DNA from: Dictyostelium discoideum
Lineage: Eukaryota
NCBI GenBank assembly: GCA_000004695.1
Contig: CM000152.2
Location: 4,576,001-4,640,000, forward strand
Reading direction: 5' to 3'
Length of the DNA: 64,000 nucleotides
Positions 13,901-27,816 of the stretch are shown piece after piece (the first letter of the stretch is position 1; every line of letters starts with the position of its first letter). The translations under genes were made by a program, and so were the position numbers. A model generated the notes under the pieces. The model did not search any database and had not been told where the DNA came from. It saw only the letters and a list, made by a program, of their open reading frames with translations.

Positions 13901-14532
13901 AAACAAACCTAATGAAAACTGGCCTAAGATTTGCTAGCCAATAAACAATTGGACCAAAGAATGCGACTTCAATTAAACCAGCGGGAATATCACAAATGAT
14001 ACTTGAAATAAAGTATGCACCAGTTTTATAATAATGTAATGCTTTTTGAGAATAAAATACTTTTCTTTCACCAAAGAATGAATTAACAGCGGCAAATGAA
14101 GAGAAAATAATTGTTGTCATAATAAAGAATAAAAGACCAAATCTTTCCATACCACCACTTTGATTATGACCAATTCTCCAATAGAGTGTACCTAATAATA
14201 ATCCAAAGAAAATTCCTTTAAAAACACGAGTTGCAAAATTATAATAATTTCTACTAATCATAATGAAACCCCTCTTTAAACAAATTTTAGTTTGATAACC
14301 AATACCATGTGGATACATTCCTAATTCTTTAGCTGTACTATCTACTAAGACTTTTGGTTTATTATCATCAACAATACCATCTTTATTTGCATCCATCTTT
14401 TCCATTAATTCAAGATAAATATCTGATTCTCTATATGCTTTAACAAAATCATCACTAGTTTTACATTTTGGTGGATGAATAAATGAATATCTTTCTGGTG
14501 CATCTACAACTTCCTCTATTTTACATTTTTTT

Positions 14533-14566
<34 letters not shown>

Positions 14567-15572
14567 ATTAAAATTTAAAATTAAATGTTATTAAAACTTA
14601 CGAAAGAATTCAGCAGGATTATTATGAGATGGACATGCAAAACCTAATTTTTTAAAATAGCCTAATGCTCTATTCATTGGACCAAAATAACAAATTTTAC
14701 CTTTACTCATAATCATTAAATTATCAAATAATGAAGTTAATTGAACACTTGGTTGTAGTAAAGTGATGAGTGCAGGTGAATAACCATATGTTACAAACTT
14801 TTTAACATCACTTAAAATTTCGAAACTTGTTGAAGAATCTAAACCTGATGTTGGTTCATCCATTAATAATAGATTACTACCTTTAATAACACCAACACCA
14901 ATTGTAACTCTTTTCTTTTGACCACCTGATATACCTCTAATGAAATTATCACCAACCAATGTATTTTCTGCATGTTTTAAACCTAATAGTTTCATACAAT
15001 TATCAACGCTTACTTGTTTTTCTTCACGGGTGAGTTCTTTTTTACCTAAACAATCCAATGCGAATCTAAATGTTTCTTTTACAGTTAATGTCGGTACATG
15101 AATATCATCTTGAGTTACATATGAAATATCACGATGGTGATTTTTATGATTGATTGGATGACCATTAAATAATAATTCACCTTCAAAATGTTTATCTTTT
15201 AATTGACCTGCTAACATTTGGAAAATGGTTGATTTACCACAACCAGGAGTACCTAAAATTAATGTCATTTGTTTTGGTCTTAAAAAAAATGAAACATCAT
15301 CTAATAATTTAATTTTAACTTTTTTATTTTCTCTATGTTTTACTGTATATGTTGCATTTCTACAATAAACATATAAACCTGTTTTATCCTCTGGTCTAGT
15401 TTGTTTAATCTTTTTTGTTAATTCATCATTTTCATGATTTGGCATTAATTCATCTAATGGAATTGGGAAATATTCATCATCTTCTTCTCCTTCATGCTCT
15501 TTTGCAATTTGATAAATACTATCTTCAAAATCATTTTCTTCATCTTTATGTTTTATATTATTATTATTATTG

Positions 15573-15652
<80 letters not shown>

Positions 15653-15754
15653 GTTATTATTATTATTATTTAGGGTTGGTTCTTCTTGATTATTTATTGG
15701 TATTGATAGATTCGGAGAATATGAAGATTTATCTCTTGGATCTTGTTTTACCAT
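10992..15754 (-). CDS. ABC transporter, G family, full-size PDR-type (NBD-TMD-NBD-TMD, ~1499 aa), copy A; 4 exons: complement(join(10992..12734,12807..13803,13909..14515,14602..15754))
   Basis: N-terminal NBD has Walker A 'LILGTPGCGKST' and signature 'ISGGQKKRVTIG'. Second NBD has 'LMGPSGAGKSTLLDVLA', 'LSVSQRKRVNIG' and Walker B 'ILFLDEPTSGLD'. Hydrophobic TMD segments follow each NBD. Introns GTAAGT…ATAG (86 nt), GTTTGT…TTAG (105 nt) and GTATGT…ATAG (72 nt) restore one continuous frame across listed ORFs 14591..15754, 13860..14405, 12735..13772 and 10992..12734. Confidence 0.8.
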
Positions 15755-16280
15755 TTTTTAGATTTTAAAATTTTTTTTTATTTTAAATTATAATTTATTA
15801 TTATAAATAAAAAAATTTTAAAAAATCACTTTTAAATTGAGGTAAGAAATATATTTTTTTTTTTTTTTTTTACCTTAATTTCTATTATTTTTTTTTTTTT
15901 TTTAATAAAATTTAATTCAACCCAACAAAGATTATTAAAAAAAACATATATATAATTATATTATTGATTGGATGCAATACATTTAAAAAAGTATTTACAA
16001 ACAAAGCATTTATTTTTGAAAATTTGTAGATTCTATTGCGTATTTACATTGAACGAGCAAATATATAAAAATTCGAATAATTACCACACAACAGAAATAA
16101 ACACACAAACAAATAATTAAAAAATTTGGTGTGGTAAGAAAAAAAAAAAAAAATAATAATTTAAATGAAATTATACATTCATAAACATTTTAATAATTTT
16201 CTTAAATTTTACATTTAATTTGTTTTTAATAAAAAATGATTCAAAAAAAAAAAAAAAAAATAAAAAACTAGGTTTTTAAT

Positions 16281-16383
<103 letters not shown>

Positions 16384-16821
16384 GGAGAGACCTTTTTTTT
16401 TTTATTTTTTAATTTTTTTTTTAATTTAAAATAATGATTTGGTTTATTTAAATTATTATGAATTTAGATAGATAAATAGAGCACTATAAAATACACAAAA
16501 TTTTATAAAATATAAGAAAAATGAATGTCATCATTCTGGTTTTTTTTTTCTTTTTAACCAAAAAAATGTTTATTTTTTTAAAAATTTAAGTTTTATAATA
16601 AATTTATTTATATATATTTTGAAAAATTATTTATTATATTAAATAAATATTCTAATTTTTTTTTTTAAAAAAGTGAGAACACTTCTTTTATAAATAATTT
16701 AATAATCAACCCTTAATTTTTTGACAAATATTAAAAGATTATTACTTTTTTTTTTTTAATTATTTTTTTTTATTTTTTATTTTTCTTTTTTATTTTTTGA
16801 ATATATTTAATTTTGAGATGA

Positions 16822-18565
16822 TTAACGATTGAACCATCTAATTTTTTTGAAACCCCAGAAACTTAAACCAACAAAAATGAAAATGTAACCAAAGATAGCA
16901 GCAATATCAATATATCTCATGAATTTATGGAAACCATATGTTAACATGAAATCATCACCATTTGTAATTGGACAATAATATTTAATCGCTATTTGAACAC
17001 CATTTTCAATGATTGGAATTGGTACAGCACCTTTATTATTTGTACAAACAAATGTTAAACCTGTGAATTCATTGGTACAAGATGCTTCCAAAGGATACCT
17101 GAGCCAGTCTAAATAATGACACCAATAATATGCAGATGGATAATTTGGTCTTGCAATGACGAAACCACCAAATAATGTTGAGAGTGATAAACCAATACCA
17201 CATATTGTTGATGCCATAACTTCATTTGGTAAGCAAACCGCCAGACATAAACCAAACGCATCATACATAACATAGGTGATAATGAAAATGAATAGACAAT
17301 ACCAAAATTTAGATGAATGTCGACCAGAATCCAGACCAGCAATCCAAAATGTTGGAATAATATAAAGAATACCAGTGGATAAAGTAAATGGATATGATGT
17401 TAATACATATGATGTCATATATGCCGTTGAATGATAGAAACCTGCAGTGACCTCACGATAGAATACACCTCTTTCTAATACTGTTGTTGGAATATTACCA
17501 ATTGCGACCATACCGGCAAAAAGGAACGAAAAGAAGAGTAATGAAACACGAGATCTTGCATCCTTTTGTTCATAATCCATACGAACAAATAGTGTACCTA
17601 ATAGGACTGCCAACAAAATTGATCGTATACAATTTGAAACGAATATTGCTGGACGCCTCAACCGAGATAACCAACTTCTCATACAAAGCGCACGGAATTG
17701 TGTCATCCATGATGAAGCAAACCTTGAATCATACGTTTTAATTACAAAGTCATCAGGTATTAATTGTCCTTCCATAATTTCATATTCTTTTTTACAAATA
17801 TCAGATTCAAAATACGCCTTCTTTGCATCTAGGGGTACTTGTTCACCATTTGGACCTTCAACCATTTTACCTTGGTCAGCTAATGTCATTACGAAATCAG
17901 CAGGATTAATATGTGGTTTAATATGCATACCTAATTTATCACAATAATCTAAAATCACACTTGACTGATTACCCAATGGCCCAAAATAAATAGTTTCACC
18001 ACCTTGTTTTAGTAATAATAATTGGTCAAAGAATTCGAAAATTGCAGCAGATGGTTGATGTACTGTACAAATTACAGTTCTATTCATTACTTTGGCAATT
18101 TTATTAACTACATCAATTACTTTAAATGCGTCACCAGAGTCTAAACCACTTGTTGGTTCATCAAGGAAAAGAATTTCTGGATTTGAAGCTAATTCAACAC
18201 CAATATTTACTCTTTTTCTTTGCGATACTGATAAACCATCACCAAGTACACCAATCTTTAAATCTTTAATACTTGATAAACTTAAAACTTCAACGATCTT
18301 ATCAACATAGCTCTCTCTTTCTTCTTTAGTAACTTCAGGTGGTAGTCTACATCTTGCACTGAATGCAATCGCTTCTCTAACTGTTTGTGTTGGTGGTAAA
18401 ACATCCATTTGTTCAACATATGCTCTTATTCTATTTGTAAATTCAGAAGGTGGTTTACCATTAATTAAAATTTCACCAGTGATATGGCCACCAGTTTTTC
18501 TTTGAGCTAAAACATCTAATAATGTTGATTTACCTGCACCTGATGGTCCCATTAATGCTAACATC

Positions 18566-18597
<32 letters not shown>

Positions 18598-21500
18598 TTT
18601 ATTAATAAATTAATTAACAAAAGAGTATTATTAATTTTTAAAAAACATACTTGACCAGGTTTAACATAACCATCAATATCAGTTAATAGTTGTAATCTTT
18701 GACTTTTCTTTTTCTTTGGATTGTCTGGATCATCAACTTTTACATCAACAGCATAACAAAGTTTTTTAAATTGTAAATAACTACCAGTTTCTGAACCAAT
18801 ATCTTTTCCATTTTTAGATTTTTCATTTGAATTATTATTATTATTATTATTGCTTGGAGATGTTGGCATTGGTGAATTTATAGTAATTGGTGAATTAACT
18901 GAAGGTGATAAATTTGAAGGTGTTTTAACTTTTCTTTTCTTTATATTATTACCAGATCCTGATAAATTATTATTATTATTATTAATATTATAATAAGGTG
19001 AACCAGTTGTTAAACTTGATGGTGATTTTACATCGATTACAGTATCTTCTTTTTGTTTCTTATGAGATTTCTTTTTCTTTATTTCAGTTTCATAATCAGC
19101 ATCATCATCATTATCATCATCAATTCTTTCTAATGCTTCAGATGAAATAGCAGCTGATTCTTCATCTTGTTTCGTTGTTTTTACTTTTTTCTTTTTCTTT
19201 AATTTCTTTACTGCTAGTTTTGATTTTTTATCTTCGAAATTAAAGTATTTCAAAGCAAAAAAACAAACCACATAAAAGAATACAATATAAGCACTTAAAA
19301 TTCCAAAAACAACCCATTTGAAATAATTTGGATTAGTAATACCAAATGCATCCATAATTTGTTCACCAGATGTAAATTGACAAACTTGATTACCCCCAAA
19401 ACCTTCTGGATATGGTAATAGATTTTGAGGAGTTCTTGGTGGTATTAATTCAGAAGTTTTGCAACCATACTCTTGATATGTAAATTCATTAATTGATAAA
19501 CCTTGGAAAATCCATGTATAGGGTGATATATAATATAACCAAATCCACCAGCCTCCAATATCATTCTTTGGTGCCGTGAAGCCTGAAAATAATAACCAAA
19601 TTGAAAGTATTACTGATGCAATAACATTAGCAATTTCAATTGTTGGTGAAATTGCTGCACACATTTTTGCGAATGATAATGATAAATTATCAGTCCTAAC
19701 AATGTAGATATATGGCAGGGGTAGTGGACATGGAGGAGGAGACAGAGAGAGACAGGGCGAAATAAGGGAGGGAGACAGAGAGACAGGGCAGAGACACGGG
19801 AGGAGACAGGGAGAGATAAGGGAGGGGAGATAGGAAGAGACAGGGAGAGACAAGGAAGGAGAATAAGGGTGAAGAAAATAAAAAAATAAAATTAGTATAT
19901 ATGAAATTAAATACTTAAATAAATTAATAAATTAAAATAAAAATACATACATAATTAATAAAAGCATAAAATAAACAAACCTAATGAAAACTGGCCTAAG
20001 ATTTGCTAACCAATAAACTATAGGACCAAAGAAAGCAACTTCTAAAATACCAGCAGGAATATCACAAATGATACTTGAAATAAAATATGCACCAGTTTTA
20101 TAATAATATAATGCTTTTTGAGAGTAAAATACTTTTCTTTCACCAAAGAATGAATTAACAGCGGCAAATGAAGAAAAGATAATAGTTACCATAATAAAGA
20201 ATAAAAGACCAAATCTTTCCATACCACCACTTTGATTATGACCAATTCTCCAATAGAGTGTACCTAATAATAATCCAAAGAAAATTCCTTTAGCAACACG
20301 AGTTAAAAAATTATAATAATTTCTTCTAATCATTGTAAAACCTCTTTTCATACATATTTTAGTTTGATAACCAATACCATGTGGATACATTCCTAATTCT
20401 TTAGCTGTACTATCCACTAAGACTTTTGGTTTATTATCATCAACAATACCATCTTTATTTGCATCCATCTTTTCCATTAAATCTTTATAAAATTCTGATT
20501 CTCTATAGGCTCTAACAAAATCTTTACTGGTTTTACATTTTGGTGGATGAATAAATGAATATCTTTCTGGTGCATCTACAACTTCCTCTATTATTTTACA
20601 TTTTAAATAATTAATAAAAATTAATAAATAAAATTTTAAATTTTAAAAATTAAAATTAAATATTTTTTAAAAAAACTTACGAAAGAATTCAGCAGGATTA
20701 TTATGAGATGGACATGCAAAACCTAATTTTTTAAAATAACCTAATGCTTTGTTCATTGGACCAAAATAACAAATTCTACCTTTATTTAAAATCATTAAAT
20801 TATCAAATAATGAAGTTAATTGAACACTTGGTTGTAGTAAAGTGATGAGTGCAGGTGAATAACCATATGTTACAAACTTTTTAACATCACTTAAAATTTC
20901 GAAACTTGTTGAAGAATCTAAACCTGATGTTGGTTCATCCATTAATAATAGATTACTACCTTTAATAACACCAACACCAATTGTAACTCTTTTCTTTTGA
21001 CCACCTGATATACCTCTAACGAAATTATCACCAACTACTGTATTTTCAGATTCTTTTAAACCTAATAAATTCATACAATTATCAACAGTTTCTTTCTTTT
21101 CTTCATTTGTTAATTCTTTTCTACCTAAACAATCTAATGCGAATCTAAATGTTTCTTTTACAGTTAATGTCGGTACATGAATATCATCTTGAGTTACATA
21201 TGAAATATCACGATGGTGATTTTTATGATTGATTGGATGACCATTAAATAATAATTCACCTTTAAAATGTTTATCTTTTAATTGACCTGCTAACATTTGA
21301 AAAATGGTTGATTTACCACAACCAGGAGTACCCAAAATTAATGTCATTTCTTTTGGTTTTAAATAAAATGAAATATCATCAATTAATTTAATTTTAACTT
21401 TTTTATTTTCTCTATGTTTTACTGTATATGTTGCATTTCTACAATAAACATATAAACCTGTTTTATCCTCTGGTCTAGTTTGTTTAATCTTTTTTGTTAA

Positions 21501-21668
21501 TTCATCATTTTCATGATTTGGCATTAATTCATCTAATGGAATTGGGAAATATTCATCATCACCATCATCTTCACCCTCATGCTCTTTTGCAATTTGATAT
21601 ACACTCTTTTCATCATCACTATCATAATTACTTTCTTCATCCTTATGTTTTCTACTACTACTAATTAA

Positions 21669-21755
<87 letters not shown>

Positions 21756-21860
21756 TAATAGTTCTTGATCATTATCTAAATTTTCATTATTATTATTATT
21801 TATAGGTATTGATAAATTGGGAGAATCTGAATTTTTATCTTTTGGATCCTGTTTTGCCAT
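16822..21860 (-). CDS. ABC transporter, G family, full-size PDR-type (~1524 aa), copy B (tandem paralog of copy A); 4 exons: complement(join(16822..18564,18651..19695,19981..20587,20681..21860))
   Basis: Same motifs and the same three intron positions and phases as copy A. Exons are about 90-95% identical at nucleotide level. The 3' flank ('gaatatatttaatttgagatgattaacgattga(g/a)ccatctaa') is also shared. Intron 2 is expanded to 285 nt by a GA/CT-rich insert. Confidence 0.8.
19715..19875. repeat. GA-rich (sense-strand CT-rich) imperfect minisatellite, roughly (GGGAGAGACAG)n, inside intron 2 of ABCG copy B. Absent from copy A
   Basis: Stretch 'ggaggaggagacagagagagacagggcgaaataagggagggagacagagagacagggcagagacacgggaggagacagggagagataagggaggggagataggaagagacagggagagacaaggaaggag' is about 55-60% GC in a genome that is about 20% GC. 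The copy A intron is plain A/T-rich at this position. Confidence 0.8.
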
Positions 21861-22296
21861 CTATTGGCAATTAATTTTAAAAATAAAATCTATTTTATTT
21901 TATTTTTAATATTTTTAACCAGAAATTTTTATTTTAATGTATTAGTTTTATTTTGATTTTTTTAAAATAAATAATTTTACTATGCAATGATTAATGAATA
22001 TATAATAAATATTTTTTTGAAATAGATATCTACTTTTTTAAAGATTTAATAATTGTTTTTTTTTTTTATTTTTTTTTTTTTTTTTTTTTTTTTTTATTTT
22101 TGGGGTTAGGGTGTTTTTTTCATACTCAATAAAAATAAACTACATGTGTAAATTATGGACACATTGCATTGATTATTATAAAAATAATTATATAATTTAT
22201 TTTGTATTTACAAATAATATTATTTATTAATTATCCAAATAATTTGTAAATTATCAAAAATTCTTGGAAAGTTCAAATTCCAACACACCCACACAC

Positions 22297-22331
<35 letters not shown>

Positions 22332-23040
22332 TATTGTATATTGTCATACTAATAATATTTTTAGGTGAGGAAACAAAAAAACAAAAAAACAAAAAAAAAA
22401 AATAAAAAAAAAAAATAAAAATAAAAATAAAAATAAAAATGTGTTTGGTAATGTGCTAGATTAGATGATTTATTTTAAATTTATATTTTTTCAACTAAAG
22501 TTGAGAAAAAAAAAAAAAAAAAATTCTTTTCTAAAAATAGAATTTATTACCTAAATTGATCACTAAAAAAAAAAAAGAAAAAATTTTTATGGATACACAC
22601 ACAATTGTTTTTTTATTATTGAATACATGATTTTAAATTATCATCACCAAAAAATAGGTGGTAATTTTTTTTTTTTATTTTATTTTATTTTCATGTATTA
22701 TTTTTTTTTATTTTTTATTTTTTTTTATTTTTGATGATTATAAATAAATACACACTTCATAAACCTTTTCTATATTTTTTATTACATATCAGAAATTAAT
22801 AAATATATATATATGTGTGTGTATCTCTTTTTGTTTGTGTGTGTTTGTGTGTAATTTAAAAATAAAAAATTTTATTTATTTTTTATTTTAAAAATTATTT
22901 ATTATTTTTTTTTTTATTTGTTTAATATATTTTAAAACACAAAGATAAATAAAGATTTATTTTTATTTTTTTTTTCTTTCTTTTTTTAGTGAAAAAATAA
23001 TATTTATGTGTTAATAAAAAAAAATAAAAAAAAAAGGAAA

Positions 23041-23045
23041 ATGGA

Positions 23046-23076
<31 letters not shown>

Positions 23077-23100
23077 AATAGTAATAATAATAATATTGAA

Positions 23101-23181
<81 letters not shown>

Positions 23182-25437
23182 TTTGAAAATAAAAAATCAT
23201 TAAATGATAGTGGTGGAGCACAAAGTAAATCATATCAATTATATTCAAGTTTAGATTCAGCATTAAATTCTGGATCACAAGATGATAGTGAAAATAATGA
23301 AATTGATCAAGATTTATTAGATGGTATTGATGATCTATCATCATTTGATGAGAATGATCCAGCAATTTTAAAAGATATCGGTGACTATGATTTAAAATCT
23401 TTGGAATCCTATGAACTTTCATTGGAACAAAAATTTACATCAGAATTGGATGAATCATTCCGATCAGAATTAGAAGAAGCTGAAAAGAAATATGAACAAT
23501 CATTAAGAAAAACTTTAACATTAAAACAACATCATAATTTTAATAATTATCATAATCTAAAAAATCAATTCCCCTCATCACCACCAGTATCTTCCCCATC
23601 ATCAATCCCAATTGGTACACCATCCTCTTCCTCGTTCTCATCATCACCTCTATCATCATCAACATCATCATTTGTTTCTGATGATGACGATGATGACGAT
23701 GACGATGAGAATGAAGAAGATGAAGAGCATGATCACAGAGAAGGCGATGAAAAAGAAGATGATAAAAGTAATATTATTACAGGTAGTGGAAAAATAATAA
23801 ATAATAAATTTAAAAATAAAATTAAAAATAATCAAGATAATAATGATAATGAAAATGAAAATAGTGATCAAATTAATATTGAAGATGAATTAAAAGAGAA
23901 TAGAGAAACATTAAAGAATGCAAAGAAAACAATTGCATCATTGATTGAACAAATATCAGATTACCAAACATTAATTGAAGAAGAGAAAGAGAGAGAAAAA
24001 GAAGAACTAATTCAACAATTCAATCAAGAGATTCAAGAAATGTCTGAAATTATTGATTATTTAAAATTAGAAAAACAATCAATAACTCAAACCAATATTA
24101 AAAATTTAGAAACTTTAATGAAAGAAATTGAAATCATTGAAGAAACAAATACAAATTTAAAAGAATCTTTAGAAAAAGAAAAACTTGAAAATTTAAGATC
24201 AATGGAAACTATATTCAATTTAAAACAAGAAATTTTAAAAAATCAATTTAATAATGATCAACAACAAATAATATCTGATGGTGCAAATCAAATTAATGCT
24301 AATACCCCACCACCATCATTCCTTTCACAAGCATTATTAGAATTTAAAATTGAAAATGGTACAATTTCAAATATTAAATTAATTCCTAATAATAATAATA
24401 GTAGTATCAGCAACAATACAATTAATAATAATTCATCGTCAATATTTGAAATTGAAAATGAGAATAATCAATTAATGAAGAAATTAATTGAAGAAAAGGA
24501 ATTTAGAAATGGAATTGAAAAGGAATTAAAAGAAGAGAAGCAAAGGAATGAAACTTCAAAGAATAGTATTGAAGAATTGGTTAAAAATATAAAAAGATTA
24601 ATTAAAGATCATACTGGTGTATTAAAGGAATTAGAAGAAGAGAAATCAAAATTACAACAAAAAACTGATGAATTTAATAAATTAAAAATTCAATTATCAA
24701 ATCAATCAAATAGTAATAATAATAGTAATTCAAATTCACCAACAACTCAATCTTCTAGACATAAACTTTTACATAGAACTAGTACATCTTTTGATATTGG
24801 TAGACAAAAACATAATAGATCTGGTACATTTGGTGGTGACCTTATTCAAAAATCAACAATTGTTGATAATGAAAATGATAAAAAATCAACTACAACCACC
24901 ACTACTACTTCTACTACATCGACATCATTTGTTGCATCAAGTAGTCCATCAACAACATCAGTTCAATCACCATTACCATCAAGTCCAAGTTCAAATGGTT
25001 TATTAACATCACCACCAAGAAAAGTATCACTTTCATTACCTCCTAAACCAATTTTAAAAGTGTCAACACCTGTTAAAGATAATAATAATTCAACAACCCC
25101 TACCCCAACAACAAACAAACAAAATAATGTACAAATTAAAACACCACCAGTATCACCAATTCCATCATTATCTTCATCAGCTGAAGATGAAAATTCTAAA
25201 CAAAAAAATGAATCTTCATCACCATTAACATCTCCAACATCATTATCATCTTCATTATCAGTTAGTACTGGTAGTAATAATAATGAAGAAAATAATAAAA
25301 AACCCCAAGGATCATTAAGTTCATCTACAGGTGGTGATGCATGTAGATTATTAAGAAGAGGTTCCGCAATTTTAGATTTAAGAAATGATACAGTTGGTAG
25401 ATCAAGTAGTAATAAAATACCATTATCTGTATCTTCA

Positions 25438-25503
<66 letters not shown>

Positions 25504-27561
25504 TTTAATAATAATAATAATTATAATAATAATAATAATAATAACAATAGTAATAGTAGTAGTAATAATAATAGTAATAATATTATTAATAATAGTAGTA
25601 ATAATAGTAGTGGTAATAATAATAATGGTACACTCTCTTCATTATCTTCAGTATCAACTACATCTTCTTCTTCTTCAATTTCAAAATCAAATTCTATATC
25701 AAATAATAATAAAAATAATAATACTAATAATAATAATAATTATAATAATAATAATATAAATAATAATAGTTGTTATAATACAATGACAATTAATAATATT
25801 AATGATTATATGATTAAATGGTTAAATGAAGATCACATTTCACCATCACCAATTCAATGTATGATTGAAGTTAATAAAAACGTTTGGATTGGTTGTAGTG
25901 ATGGTTCAATTAGAATAATTGATAAAATCACCCATTTACCAGTTTCATGTAAAATGTCTCAAAATCGTCAACATAATGGTGGAATTTATCAAATGATTTT
26001 AGTTGGTAAAACAGTTTGGAGTTGCAGTCGTGATTCAAAAATTAGAGTTTGGTCTTCAAAATCTGGTAAATTATTAAAAGAATTAGATGGTCATTCAAGT
26101 CATGTAACTGCACTATTATTAGTATCAAATAATAATAATAATAATAATAACAATAATAATAACAGTATTAATAATAATGCAACAGTACAAGGTAGTACAA
26201 TAATACAACCAACAGTTTGGAGTGTTTCAGCTGATATGACAATTAGGATTTGGAGTTTATCATCATATAAATGTATTAAGAAAATTGAAACTAAAAATTA
26301 TTTAGTATCAATGGTTTGTTTTGGTAATGAAGTTTGGATTGGTACTGAATCGACTATATTGAGATGGAACTGTTCAACTTTTGAACAAATTGGTATATTA
26401 AGTGGTCATAAGAAAATGATACATTGTTTAATTGTGGTCAAACAATATGTTTGGTCATGTAGTAGTGATAATTTAATTTGTGTTTGGGATCCTGTAAATG
26501 GGAAATGTATAAAACAATTTAAAGATCATTCATCTCGAGTTTTCTATTTATTAAATGTTGGTTCACATGTTTGGTCTTGTGATTGGGGTAAAAATATTAT
26601 AATTCATGATGTAAATGATTTGGAATTGGTTAAAGAAATTGACCCAATTCATAGAGATGCTCTAAGTTGTCTAATCACTATTAAACTACCAGATGGTACT
26701 CGTCAAATTTGGAGTGGTTCTTGGGATAATTCAATCATAATTTGGAAACCATCCTCATTATCAAAACAAGAACAACAACAATTAATTGAAAAACAATATG
26801 CTGAACTTCAAGCACAGCAATTACAACAACAATTACAACAACAATTATTATTAAATCAATCACAAGATAATTATTTAGCATCAGATTATCCATTAATTGA
26901 TGAAATGGAGAATAATAATAATATAAATTCAAATAATAGACATAGAAAATCAAATAGTAGTCATTCATTACAAACCACACCAAAAACATCAACACCTAAT
27001 CTTCATAATACATTAGCAGCAGTTGGTGGTAGTAATAATAATAATAATAACAATGGTGAAAAACAACATAAAAGAAGTACTGTTCGTTTATCATCTCTAT
27101 TTAAAAAAGAATCATCTTCACCAAATGTTATTCATAATTTAGCATCTAGTAGTGGTATGGTTGGTAGTAAAAGTGATCCTGGTATTATAAATATAAATAA
27201 TAATCATAATAATCATAATCATAATAATGAATCTGACGAATATTTAATTTATTTAAATAATCATAAACATCAACTCGAAAAAATTATTTCAAATCAATTA
27301 AATCCAGTTTGTTCAATATGTCAATTGTAAGTTATTTATTTATTATTTATTATTTATTATTATTATTATTATTATTATTTTGTTTTTTTTATAAAATATA
27401 TATATTAATATATTTATGATAATAGAAAAATAAAAGCAAAAAAGACAATATATCAATGTCGTTTATGTGCAAATTGTATTCATTTGGAATGTGGTGATAA
27501 AAGTAGTCAAGAAACTGGTGGTAGGGGTGGTCTTATTTGTTCTGCGACTTTAAACAGATAA
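23041..27561 (+). CDS. Large WD40-repeat / coiled-coil protein (~1473 aa) with a C-terminal Cys-rich zinc-finger (C1/PHD-like) exon; join(23041..27326,27426..27561)
   Basis: Long ORF has poly-N/S-rich and coiled-coil (E/K-rich) regions, then WD40 blades ('WSCSRDSKIRVWS', 'VWSVSADMTIRIWS', 'WSCSSDNLICVWD', 'IWSGSWDNSIIIWK'). The ORF stop TAA at 27328-30 lies inside a consensus donor 'caattGTAAGT'. A 99-nt AT-rich intron ends 'aatag', and the exon continues in phase as 'LKIKAKKTIYQCRLCANCIHLECGDKSSQETGGRGGLICSATLNR*'. Probable initiator is the ATG at 23041 (aaaATGg). The listed ORF start at 23008 is a GTG. Confidence 0.6.
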
Positions 27562-27816
27562 AATATATATATATATAAATAAAATATAAAAAAAAAAAAT
27601 AAAATAAATATTTATTTTTAATCAAAAAGAAAAAAAATGGCTGCACACCCATGAAGATATTTTATTTTTTTTTAATTTAATTTTATTTTATTTATTTTTT
27701 TTTTTTTTTTTTTAAAAAACGATCAAAAAAAAAAAAAAAAAAAAAATGATGATTTCCTGTGATTGGTTTTTTTTTATTTTTTTTTTAATCAACCTTTTTA
27801 ATAAAATTAAAATTAA

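Noticed and set aside
13860-14405. ORF tails 'FVYFMILLFMYVFLF*' (copy A) and the 130-aa N-terminal extension 'MSLPVSSYLPSLISPCLLPCL…' of ORF 18558..19853 (copy B)
   Set aside because: Both are read-through of intron 2. The conserved GTTTGT donor and (T)TAG acceptor in both paralogs join R-P-V-F-I-R directly to T-D-N-L-S-L-S-F-A-K-M-C-A-A.
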